A stretch of DNA of 64,000 nt from Myxococcota bacterium (lineage in GTDB: Bacteria > Myxococcota_A > Polyangia > Nannocystales > Nannocystaceae): positions 32,001 to 96,000 of the forward strand of contig JBCCHT010000028.1 of the NCBI GenBank assembly GCA_039028615.1, written 5' to 3'. The position numbers were made by a program, and so were the translations under genes. The notes beneath the pieces were generated by a model. It was not told the origin of the DNA. It worked only from the letters and a program-made list of their open reading frames with translations, and did not search any database. Positions 48,478 through 59,177 of this stretch are shown in pieces; within the stretch, counting starts at the first letter, position 1; each line of letters begins with the position of its first letter.

Positions 48478-49559
48478 GCGCGGCGCCCCATGCCCTGCTG
48501 GGCCGGCCCGCCCAGGACTTTGCATGGTTCGTCGGTCCCGGCATCGCCGCAGCGGCGGTCGCGGTTGTGCTGGGCATGCTCGACCCGCGCGGCGACGCGG
48601 CGGACACGGGCGTCGGTCTGTGGATCGTCGGCGTGCTGCTCGTCGACGTCGCCCACGTCTGGGCCTCGCTGTACCGCACCTACCTCGACCCGGTCGCCCG
48701 CGAGCACCATCGCCATCGGCTCATCCTCGCGCCGCTGGTGTGTGCGGGAGCCGGGGTCGCGCTGCACCTGGTGTCCTCGGCGCTGTTCTGGAGCGTGCTG
48801 GCGTACGTCGCGATCTTCCACTTCATCAAGCAGCACGTCGGCTTCGCCATGATCTACGTGCGAGCCGGGGGCGAAGGCCCACGCGACCGACGTCTCGTCG
48901 AGGCTGCCGTCTGGGCGGGCACCGCCGGGCCCGTGCTGTGGTGGCACGCCAACCTGCCCACCCAGTTCGTCTGGTTCCTCCCCGGCGACCTGCTCACCGG
49001 GGTGCCCGCCTGGCTCGGCACCGTCGCGCTGTGGGGTCAGCTGCCGATCTGGCTGGCGTTCATCGGCCGCCGCGTCCAGCTGCGACGACAGGGCCGCAGT
49101 CACCCCCTGGTCGACTGGTTGGTGCTCGTGCCCGCGCTCAACTGGCACCTGGGCATCGTGGTCTTCGACGACGATCGCATCTTCACCATCACCAACGTGT
49201 TCCTGCACGGTATCCCCTATCTCGCCCTGGTGTGGGTCGCCGGGGGTCGCAGCCGCGTGCAGCAGCTGCTCGGGCCCCGCTCCCGCGGCATCCCAGTGCT
49301 GCTGGCCCTCTACTACGGGGTGCTCGTCGTGCTCGCCACCACCGAGGAAGCGCTGTGGGACCGGCTCGTGTGGCACGACCACGCGATGCTCTTCGGCGAC
49401 AGCGCCTTCGAGGTGCCCGGCGACTCGTTGGTCATGGCCCTCATCGTCGCCGGCCTCACCGTGCCCCAAGCCACCCACTACATCCTCGATCGCTTCATCT
49501 GGCGCGTCGGCCCCCAAAATCCCGCCTTGGCCCGCCAGCTCGGGCTGTCCTCGCGATGA
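48474..49559 (+). CDS. His-rich polytopic membrane protein
   Basis: DVAHVWASLYRTYLD, FHFIKQHVG, HGIPY, THYILDRFIWR; about 8 TMs; ATGA overlaps at both ends. Confidence 0.75.
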   Translation: MSAAPHALLGRPAQDFAWFVGPGIAAAAVAVVLGMLDPRGDAADTGVGLWIVGVLLVDVAHVWASLYRTYLDPVAREHHRHRLILAPLVCAGAGVALHLVSSALFWSVLAYVAIFHFIKQHVGFAMIYVRAGGEGPRDRRLVEAAVWAGTAGPVLWWHANLPTQFVWFLPGDLLTGVPAWLGTVALWGQLPIWLAFIGRRVQLRRQGRSHPLVDWLVLVPALNWHLGIVVFDDDRIFTITNVFLHGIPYLALVWVAGGRSRVQQLLGPRSRGIPVLLALYYGVLVVLATTEEALWDRLVWHDHAMLFGDSAFEVPGDSLVMALIVAGLTVPQATHYILDRFIWRVGPQNPALARQLGLSSR

Positions 49560-50479
49560 ACGACCCGCTCGCCTCGCGGCTGCTCGACGACGCGATCATG
49601 CTGCTCGACGGCGGCCTCGCCACGGAGCTCGAGGCCCGCGGTCACGACCTCGACGATCCCTTGTGGTCGGCGCGACTGCTCATCGACGACCCCGAGGCCA
49701 TTGCTGCCGTCCATCGCACCTATCTCGAAGCGGGCGCCGACGTGGCCACCGCGGCCAGCTACCAAGCCAGCCTCCCCGGCCTCCGGGCGCGCGGCCTCGA
49801 TGAATCCGATGCCCGGCACGTGCTGCTACGCGCCGTCGAGCTCGCTCGCGAGGCATGCACGGATGCCGCCTCGAACGACCCCGAGCGAGCACGCCCCTTG
49901 GCCGTCGCCTCGTTGGGTGCCTACGGTGCCTTCTTGGCCGACGGCTCCGAGTATCGCGGCGACTACACCGCCTCCGACGCCACCCTTCAGCGCTACCACC
50001 TCGAACGCCTGGAGCTGCTCGCCTCCCACGCCGACCTCGTCGCCTTCGAGACGATTCCCTGCCTGCGCGAAGCCGAGTGCATCGCCCGCGTGCTCGAGCG
50101 CAGCCCGGCTCCCGCGTGGGTCTCGTTCTGTGCCCGCGACGACGCCCACGTCGGCCACGGCGAGACCATCGAGCGCTGCGCCGCGGCCGTGCTCGGCAGC
50201 CCCAGCGTCGTCGCGGTCGGCATCAACTGTTGCGCGCCTGGTCATGTCGAGGGCCTGCTGCGCCGCCTCGCCGCCATCACCGACCGCCCCTTGCTCGCCT
50301 ACCCCAACGCGGGCGAGCGCTATGCCGACGGCGGCTGGTGTGGATCGCGATCGACCCCGGAGCAGCTCGTGGCCCTGGCCGATCGCTGGGTCGACGCAGG
50401 AGCCCGAATCCTGGGCGGCTGCTGCCGTACGGGGCCGGACCACATCGCCGCCCTCGACCGGTGGAGACGCCAGCGCTGA
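49556..50479 (+). CDS. mmuM: Homocysteine S-methyltransferase
   Basis: LDGGLATELE, LWSA, ADGSEYRG, FETIP, GINC, YPNAGE, GGCCR. Confidence 0.93.
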   Translation: MNDPLASRLLDDAIMLLDGGLATELEARGHDLDDPLWSARLLIDDPEAIAAVHRTYLEAGADVATAASYQASLPGLRARGLDESDARHVLLRAVELAREACTDAASNDPERARPLAVASLGAYGAFLADGSEYRGDYTASDATLQRYHLERLELLASHADLVAFETIPCLREAECIARVLERSPAPAWVSFCARDDAHVGHGETIERCAAAVLGSPSVVAVGINCCAPGHVEGLLRRLAAITDRPLLAYPNAGERYADGGWCGSRSTPEQLVALADRWVDAGARILGGCCRTGPDHIAALDRWRRQR

Positions 50480-50513
50480 CGGACGCCGAGCGAGCTGCTA
50501 CCCTCCGCCCGCC

Positions 50514-50969
50514 ATGTCTCTGCGCGAAGATCTCGAAGCCCGACTCCGACAGGCCCGCAAGGACCGCGACGAGCGGACGAAGAACGTGATCAACCTGCTC
50601 AAGAACAAGGTGCTCACCGTTCTCAAGTCCGGCAAGGGCGTCGAGGAGAGCGACGAGCTGTGGCTGGAGACCGTGGCGGCGTACGCCAAGCAGGTCCAAA
50701 AGGCGATCCCAGAGTTCGAGAAGGCGGGGGAGCGGGGCAAGGAAGCGGTCGAAGAGGCACGCTTCGAGCTCGCGTTCTGCCAGCAGTTCCTGCCCTCCAA
50801 GCTCGACGAGGCGGCCACGGAGGCCCTGGTCCGCAAGCTCATCGCCGACAACGGGATCAACAGTCCCAAGATGATGGGCAAGCTGATGGGGCTGCTGATG
50901 AAGGGCCACAAAGACGAACTCGACGGAACGCTGGCGCGCACGGTGGCGCAGCGCGTCCTGAGCGAGTAA
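50514..50969 (+). CDS. GatB/YqeY domain protein
   Basis: Helical; FLPSKL, MGKLMG. Confidence 0.8.
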   Translation: MSLREDLEARLRQARKDRDERTKNVINLLKNKVLTVLKSGKGVEESDELWLETVAAYAKQVQKAIPEFEKAGERGKEAVEEARFELAFCQQFLPSKLDEAATEALVRKLIADNGINSPKMMGKLMGLLMKGHKDELDGTLARTVAQRVLSE

Positions 50970-51030
50970 TGCGGGCCCTCAGCTGAGGGCATCCGAACGG
51001 ACTGCCCTTTGGATGCGTGGTTTGTCGGTC

Positions 51031-51292
51031 AAGCTGCTCGTCGGAGTGGCTGACTTTGGCGATGACCTCGGGAAGGGTTGTACTGGAGTCCTCGAAGGTT
51101 GGTGACCGCTGCGGTGCACGGGGCCACCAACCTTCGAGGACTCCAGCACATCCCCTCCCGAGGTCATCGCCAAACCCAACCACTCCGACAAGCAGCTTTT
51201 TTCAGCCGCCCTCGAGCAAACCCCATCTTCGGTCCATCGCCAAAGTCAGCCCCTCCGACGAGCAACCTTCTCAGCTGCCCTCGAGCAGCCCC
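51031..51292. repeat. Large imperfect palindrome (~74-bp arms, 51031-51104 / 51125-51198) plus ~70-bp tandem duplication; REP/MITE-like
   Basis: Arms are reverse-complementary with few mismatches; the CATCGCCAAA...CTCCGAC.AGCA.CTT..TCAGC.GCCCTCGAGCA unit recurs at 51165 and 51235. Confidence 0.88.
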
Positions 51293-51351
51293 TTGTCCGC
51301 GTGACCACCAACGGCCAGCCCACTCGGCCCCGGCGAACCCAGCCCCACAGC

Positions 51352-52455
51352 TCACTCAGCCGGCAACTCGATCGGACAGCGCTCCTCCCAGCCATCCACG
51401 ATCCGCGCCCGCAGATCATTGCCGGCATGCGTATTCCAAAACAGCACCGGCCCCTCCACGGCCTCCGCCGCCAACGCCCGCCGCATCCCCGCAATGCACT
51501 TGGCCGTATACGTCGTCTCCAACGCCACCCCCTGCGCCCGAGCATCCTCGACCGCCTGGTTCGCCGCGTCCGTCGGCACCCCGTAGCCGCCCCCGACCTG
51601 CGAGTGGTCGATCGACCATTCGATCCCCGCCCGCCCCAACAGCCCCTTCACGCCGCCGTCGGCATGCTCGGCCCGGAGCCCGTGCTGGACCAGCAACCGA
51701 TGGGCATTGGACATCATGCGTCGGTACATGAACCCGTTGAACGCCCACCGCTCCACCGACGAGACGATGTGCAGCCGGGTCGAGACCCCCGCCAAGCCCA
51801 GGCCCAGGGCCAGGCCGGCCGATGATCCGGCCGAGCCGCCGGTGATGAACACGGTCCGGGGCTTGGGCAGCTCACCCGACGCGATCTGAGCCGCGAGCTC
51901 GAGCCCGGCCACCACGAAGCCCAGGCAGCCCATCGCCGTGCTGGCCCCCGCCGGCATGTACACCCCCTTGCGCTCCGGTCGAGCCCACAGGTTGTAGCGC
52001 AGCCACGCCCAGGGTAACGCGGCCCGGGAGGGCACGTTCCAGATCTGCGTGTTCATCGACAGCAGCGCGGCCAGATTGGTGCGCACGTGCGGGGTCAGGG
52101 TCTGAGTGAAGGTCAACGCATGGAGCGGGCGCCCCTGCGACTGCACGAAGGAGGCCACGGCCAGCAGGTGATGGCTCCCCACGCCGCCGACAGAGAAGAT
52201 CGGCTCGTCGCCGTCGTAGGGCGGATTGGCGAGCACCCACTCGAGCTTTCGGACCTTGCCGCCGCCGTACAAGTCACTGCTGGCGTCGTCTCGTTTGACC
52301 CAGACCTCGGCCGAGCCCACGTCCAAGCCCGCAACCCGCTGCACGGGGGTCGGCAGCTGGGCGAGGCTCAGGCGCCGGGGACTACGCTCGAGATAGGGGC
52401 TCAGGTCGACGTCATCGGGGGCCACCGAGGCCCGATCCGCGGTCACGGCCGGCAT
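51352..52455 (-). CDS. PLP-dependent ACC deaminase/D-cysteine desulfhydrase family protein
   Basis: PTPVQ, VWVKRDD, GGGKVRKLE, GYG, LETTYTAK, LFWNT. Confidence 0.85.
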   Translation of the reverse strand: MPAVTADRASVAPDDVDLSPYLERSPRRLSLAQLPTPVQRVAGLDVGSAEVWVKRDDASSDLYGGGKVRKLEWVLANPPYDGDEPIFSVGGVGSHHLLAVASFVQSQGRPLHALTFTQTLTPHVRTNLAALLSMNTQIWNVPSRAALPWAWLRYNLWARPERKGVYMPAGASTAMGCLGFVVAGLELAAQIASGELPKPRTVFITGGSAGSSAGLALGLGLAGVSTRLHIVSSVERWAFNGFMYRRMMSNAHRLLVQHGLRAEHADGGVKGLLGRAGIEWSIDHSQVGGGYGVPTDAANQAVEDARAQGVALETTYTAKCIAGMRRALAAEAVEGPVLFWNTHAGNDLRARIVDGWEERCPIELPAE

Positions 52456-52684
52456 CGGCGGGGACGCTAGCACGGCCCTCGACCCCCGTTTTCCCGGCCC
52501 GCCCCTGAGGGACGAAACGCCGGCTCGCGCCGCAAATGCGGGGGTACGCGGCCTGCGAGCGCTGAACGTCAGCACCGTGCTCGGGCGATCGCACGACGAG
52601 GGGGCTCGTTCGCCGGGCGTCGTCCGCAACGTTCGCTCCGGGTGGCTTGGAACCTTTGTTCGCTATGCTAAGGTCGCGTTCACA

Positions 52685-54421
52685 GTGAAGCCCTGTCCCT
52701 ATTGCGCGGAGCTCATCCAGGACCAGGCCGCCAAATGTCGCTACTGCGGCGAATGGCTCGACCCCAGCAAGCGCCCGGTGTGGTCGGGGTCGTCACAGAC
52801 TCCCGGGGTGCCGGCCGTCGCCGCACCTGCGCCCGCCCCCACGCCAGCTCCCGCCCCCGCCCCGAGTGCAGCCGAGCCGATCCTGGCCGACGCTCCCGAG
52901 GTCGAGGAGCCGAGCCCGGGCTCCACCACGCTCACCGTGGGCTCGGGTGGGCTGCCCGACTTCTCGCAACCACACGAGCCCGAGCGCACCTGGTCGGCCC
53001 CCGCGTGGCTATCCAACGCACAAGCGACCCGCCCCGAGCCCGCCGAGCCCGAGCCCAAAGATCCGGTGGCACCCACCGACCACGCGACGCTCGAAGAAGT
53101 CGCGCTTCGCATGGAGCGAATTCGGCAGAGCGCGGCCGCGGTGCGTCACTCCGGCGACGCCCAGCAAGAAGCGCCCGCGCCCCGGCCCCGCGCTCGCCTC
53201 GAGGTAGAGCCCGGCGTCACGCTTCCCGCCGGTAGCCTCCGCTCGGTCGACCTCCAGGATCCCGAGGCGGATCGACTGCCCGTCCAACAAGAGGCACCTC
53301 GGCCCATGCCGCGTGCGCCTCAGCCCGCGCCCGTCATCTACGACGACGAGCCCCCAGAGCCTCCCCGCCGCCACGTACAACGGCCGCAACCCGAGCCCCG
53401 TGCGGAGCGTCCGGTCGACGACTCGCCCCGCCAACGCTCCCACGTCGAGACGGCCCCTGCCCCCGAACAGCCAGCCCGGCGGGCTCGCCCGGAGCCGGAG
53501 CCCGAGTTCGACGAGGTGCCCCAACGTTCCCGTCGCAAGGCCACGACGGCGCCTGCGCCCGCACCGGTCGATGACGATTGGGGCGACGAAGACGACGATT
53601 TCGAGGATGAGCCCCCGCCCCGCATGGGTGGTGCAGCCGCTGGGTTCGACGACGGCTTCCTCGATGGCGACGACGACGATTTCGACGGCGACGATGACTT
53701 CGACGACGGCGACTTCGACGACATGGGCGGTGGATCCGCGCCGCTGCCGTGGAAGGCGATCGGGGCCGGTGCCCTGGTCGTGACGCTCATCGCGGTGTTC
53801 TTCCTCCGCGACTCCATCTTCCCCAGCGATGGCGAAGACGACGAGGTCGCGGCCGAGAACGCGGACTCCGACGGGGCCGATCCCGCCGCCGAAGGTGATG
53901 CCGCGGCCGCTCCCGCCGAAGAGCCCGCCCCCGAGGCCAAGGCCGACGGCGAGGGTCAGCCGGTCCAGCCCGAGGGCGCCGAAGGTGGAGCCCCTGCGGC
54001 CGAGGGTGGAGCCGCCGCACCGCCGCCACAGCCCTCCGGCCCGCTCGACCCGATGACCATGGCGCTGCTCGACGAAGCTCGCCAGGAGTACGTGGCCGCG
54101 CTGGGCAATCCCAAAAAGCAGGCCCCCGTCGCCGAGAAGCTCCAGGCGGTGTTGGCCAAGGCGCCCAACCATCCCGAGGCTCTCACCCTGATGGCGCAGA
54201 CCTATCTCGACCAAGAGAAGATCGACGAGGCGCTGGCCACCGCCAACAAGTGCCTCCAGGTCTCGCCCCAGAGCGCCGACTGCTGGCTCACCCTGGGTGT
54301 CATCTCCGAGATGAAGGAAGAAAAAGAGCAGGCTCAGGCCGCGTACAACAAGTACATGGAGCTGTCGCCCGAGGGCCGCTACGCCAAAGAGGTGGAAGCC
54401 TCGCTCAAGCGCCTCAACTGA
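52685..54421 (+). CDS. Zinc-ribbon / Pro- and Asp-rich linker / TM / TPR protein
   Basis: CPYCAELIQDQAAKCRYCGEWL, low-complexity middle, one TM, C-terminal TPRs. Confidence 0.8.
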   Translation: MKPCPYCAELIQDQAAKCRYCGEWLDPSKRPVWSGSSQTPGVPAVAAPAPAPTPAPAPAPSAAEPILADAPEVEEPSPGSTTLTVGSGGLPDFSQPHEPERTWSAPAWLSNAQATRPEPAEPEPKDPVAPTDHATLEEVALRMERIRQSAAAVRHSGDAQQEAPAPRPRARLEVEPGVTLPAGSLRSVDLQDPEADRLPVQQEAPRPMPRAPQPAPVIYDDEPPEPPRRHVQRPQPEPRAERPVDDSPRQRSHVETAPAPEQPARRARPEPEPEFDEVPQRSRRKATTAPAPAPVDDDWGDEDDDFEDEPPPRMGGAAAGFDDGFLDGDDDDFDGDDDFDDGDFDDMGGGSAPLPWKAIGAGALVVTLIAVFFLRDSIFPSDGEDDEVAAENADSDGADPAAEGDAAAAPAEEPAPEAKADGEGQPVQPEGAEGGAPAAEGGAAAPPPQPSGPLDPMTMALLDEARQEYVAALGNPKKQAPVAEKLQAVLAKAPNHPEALTLMAQTYLDQEKIDEALATANKCLQVSPQSADCWLTLGVISEMKEEKEQAQAAYNKYMELSPEGRYAKEVEASLKRLN

Positions 54422-54441
54422 GCGCCTCGCCGCCGCGCATG

Positions 54442-54479
54442 AAAAGCCTCCCGCGCCTTCGGGCCCGGGAGGTTTTTTT
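54442..54479 (+). terminator. Rho-independent terminator
   Basis: AAAAGCCTCCCG...CGGGAGGTTTTTTT. Confidence 0.85.
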
Positions 54480-54594
54480 GATCCGTCGCACGCTCCGTTG
54501 TCAGATCTCGCGCCCTGGCCACAAATGGGGAGTGCGTGCCCGAGGCCAACCGTCCCCCACCATGGAGCGCGCGGCCGCCTTCGACTCCCACGAC

Positions 54595-55976
54595 ATGAAC
54601 ACCGCCTTGCTTCGCCTCACCTCGTTCCTGACCGCCTCGCTGCTGCTCGCCTCCTGCGCCGACGAACAAGGGCCTCCGCCTTTCGCGGAAGTCTGCGGTC
54701 AAAGTGGCCAAGCGCTGGTCTTGCCGTTGGCAGAGTCCTCCTGGGGCGCTGTGCTCGGTGAGATCGACGATCGGCTGCTCGTCGCCACTCGAGGATTGGA
54801 CAGCCACGAGCCCGACGCTCGGGTCGATCTCCACCTCATCGGCAAGTGCGGAGAGGACCCCGTCTCGCTCGGAGACGTGTCCTGGTACGCCTCGTGGCTG
54901 GCCGCCGACGGCGTGTTGTACTCCGGCGGTGACTGGGGCGTGCAACTGCACGAGCTGACCACGGGCCGCACCGAGGACTTCGCCCCAGAGGCGAACTGGC
55001 CCGCCTTGCCGACGCCGTTCGGCACGATCACGCTCGAGCGCAACGGAGGGGCATTGGTCCTCCACCCCAATCCTCTCGACGCGAGCGTCGAAGCGATCAC
55101 GCTGCTGGAATTCACGGGAGATGTGGATCGGTCTCACCTCCAGGTTCCCTTGCGCCGCGAGGCGCTCGACGGGCTGTGGACCGACGGGGCGGGCGTGCTC
55201 GCGCTGGGCGAGGACGACGAGGTGCTGCGCGTCGACCTCGTCACCCACGAATCCACGGTGGTGGCCAGCGACATCGAACAGTTCCGGGTCGTCGATGACG
55301 GCCAGCAGCTGCTGTTTCTCCGGGACTCGCAGATCGGGCTCCACGACCTCCGCGACGGCCGCGAGACCATGCTCTCCGACGTAGCCAACATTACGCTCGC
55401 GGTGGCCTACGTGCAGGACGAAGCAGGGCCGTGGCTCGTCATGCATCCGCGCGACGGTCAAATCGTCAACCTGGATCGGCACGAGGTGCTGCCCGCCAAC
55501 GGCCACGAGCCCATCGGGATCTACGAGGTCGGCGACGGCCTGACGGTCGTGGAGAGCTTCGACACCAGCCCCTTCATCGGACCGTGGGGCGTCTGCAACT
55601 ACGATCTGCTCGAGGAGGACGGCACGCGCAGTCGTCTCGCCGATGGCATCGGGTGCAACATGGACCGCCGCCCGAAGCTCTCCGCCGAGGGCCTCATCGG
55701 AGAGGCCAGCGACGAAGTCTCGCTGTTCCCATTCGACGGGGCGGCACCCGAGCCCATCGGGCGTACCTTCGGCGGTTCCTTCGAGATCGTGGACGACCAC
55801 GTGGTGTCCATTGACGACCAGGAAATCTCCGAGCACAAGACACGACTGGTCATCGACGGACCACGATACGGCGAAGTGCTCAGCGTCCACGCCGCCAAGG
55901 CCCGCCCCTGGAAGGACGGCGAGGACCTCTACTACTTTGCCGTCGGGTACGGATTGATGCGCGTGAGGCTGGAGCT

Positions 55977-55980
<4 letters not shown>
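54595..55980 (+). CDS. Hypothetical lipoprotein (beta-rich, possible propeller)
   Basis: MNTALLRLTSFLTASLLLASC lipobox; long open frame. Confidence 0.7.
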
Positions 55981-58067
<2,087 letters not shown>

Positions 58068-58160
58068 GGGGGCGGGTTATACCGGCCGCGCCGTAGAGCG
58101 CAAAGGCCGGGCATCGTCGATCCGTGCGGTGACCAACGTGGCCTGTTAGCCTGCGGGGCG

Positions 58161-58667
58161 ATGCCGGGCCTCGATCCCCAGACCCTCGAGCGACTGCGCC
58201 GCGGTGTTCCGCTGCGAATGACCGCCCGGGGCGAGCTGCGCTTCGACGAAGGGCCCATCACCCACCCGCGTGTGCAGCAGGCGCTGCGGGCCGGCATCGA
58301 CCTGAGCGACGGCGGCGAGCCCATCGTGCGGCTGGGGGCGCAGTGGTGCTACCTCACCATCGACGACTGCCCGCTGCGCGCCACCGCCGTGACCCGCAAC
58401 GGCGACCGGCTGTCGATGCGCGTGGACGACGGCCGCGAAGTGCCGCTGTCACCGCAGGCGCTGTGGGACGAGCCCGAGCTGGGGCTTCGCACCTCGGCCC
58501 CGGCCCAGGGCTCCGGGCGCCCGCTGGCGGTGCGCTTCACCAACCGCGCGCAGATGGATCTGGCGCACTGGCTCGAGCCGGGCGAGGGGGACGACACCGT
58601 GCTGGTGCTCGGCGAGCAGCGCTGGACGATCCCCACCGAAGACCCGGCCGCGGCATCGCCGGGTTGA
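58161..58667 (+). CDS. Hypothetical protein (DUF1285-like)
   Basis: G...F.EGPITHP, Y.TIDDCP pattern; GC3-rich frame. Confidence 0.6.
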   Translation: MPGLDPQTLERLRRGVPLRMTARGELRFDEGPITHPRVQQALRAGIDLSDGGEPIVRLGAQWCYLTIDDCPLRATAVTRNGDRLSMRVDDGREVPLSPQALWDEPELGLRTSAPAQGSGRPLAVRFTNRAQMDLAHWLEPGEGDDTVLVLGEQRWTIPTEDPAAASPG

Positions 58668-58745
58668 AGCTGCCGCCAGGGCTCGGCCCGGACGCGCCAC
58701 CCAAAAAACTCGCCGGGTGAGCGCAACGCTTCGCATCGGCGGTCG

Positions 58746-59174
58746 ATGACTGGGCCCGAGGCTCCCGCGGTCGCCAATGGAGGCGGCTCCGATGAGCCCC
58801 GAAACGCCCCCACCATGTTCGAACTCATCGCCCTCGGCATCTTCGTCTCCCATCTCGTCGCCCTGGCTCGTAGCCGCGGCCGCTCGGCCCTGTGGTGCCT
58901 GGGCGGCGTGGTGGTCTGGCTCATGGGCAGCGCGATCGGCTGGGCCCTGTTCCCCCACGAAGGCGTGCTCGCCACCCTCGCCGGCTTGCCCGTGTCGCTC
59001 GTCGGCGCGCTCATCTACTACCGGCTGCTGCATGGCCTCGATGCCACCGAGGTCACCCTCCAGCTGGGGCGCGGCGACAACTTCCCCTGTCCGTGCTGCG
59101 CGTCGTTGCAGACGGAAGACCGCTCGGGTCATCTCGTCTGCAACGCCTGCCACCGCGGGTTCGGCTGGTCCTGA
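58746..59174 (+). CDS. Small membrane protein with C-terminal zinc ribbon
   Basis: Three hydrophobic segments; CPCC...CNAC; start may be 58815. Confidence 0.65.
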   Translation: MTGPEAPAVANGGGSDEPRNAPTMFELIALGIFVSHLVALARSRGRSALWCLGGVVVWLMGSAIGWALFPHEGVLATLAGLPVSLVGALIYYRLLHGLDATEVTLQLGRGDNFPCPCCASLQTEDRSGHLVCNACHRGFGWS

Positions 59175-59177
59175 GCC

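Noticed and set aside
51031..51292. CRISPR array
   Set aside because: Inverted arms and only two tandem units, no unique spacers and no cas genes.
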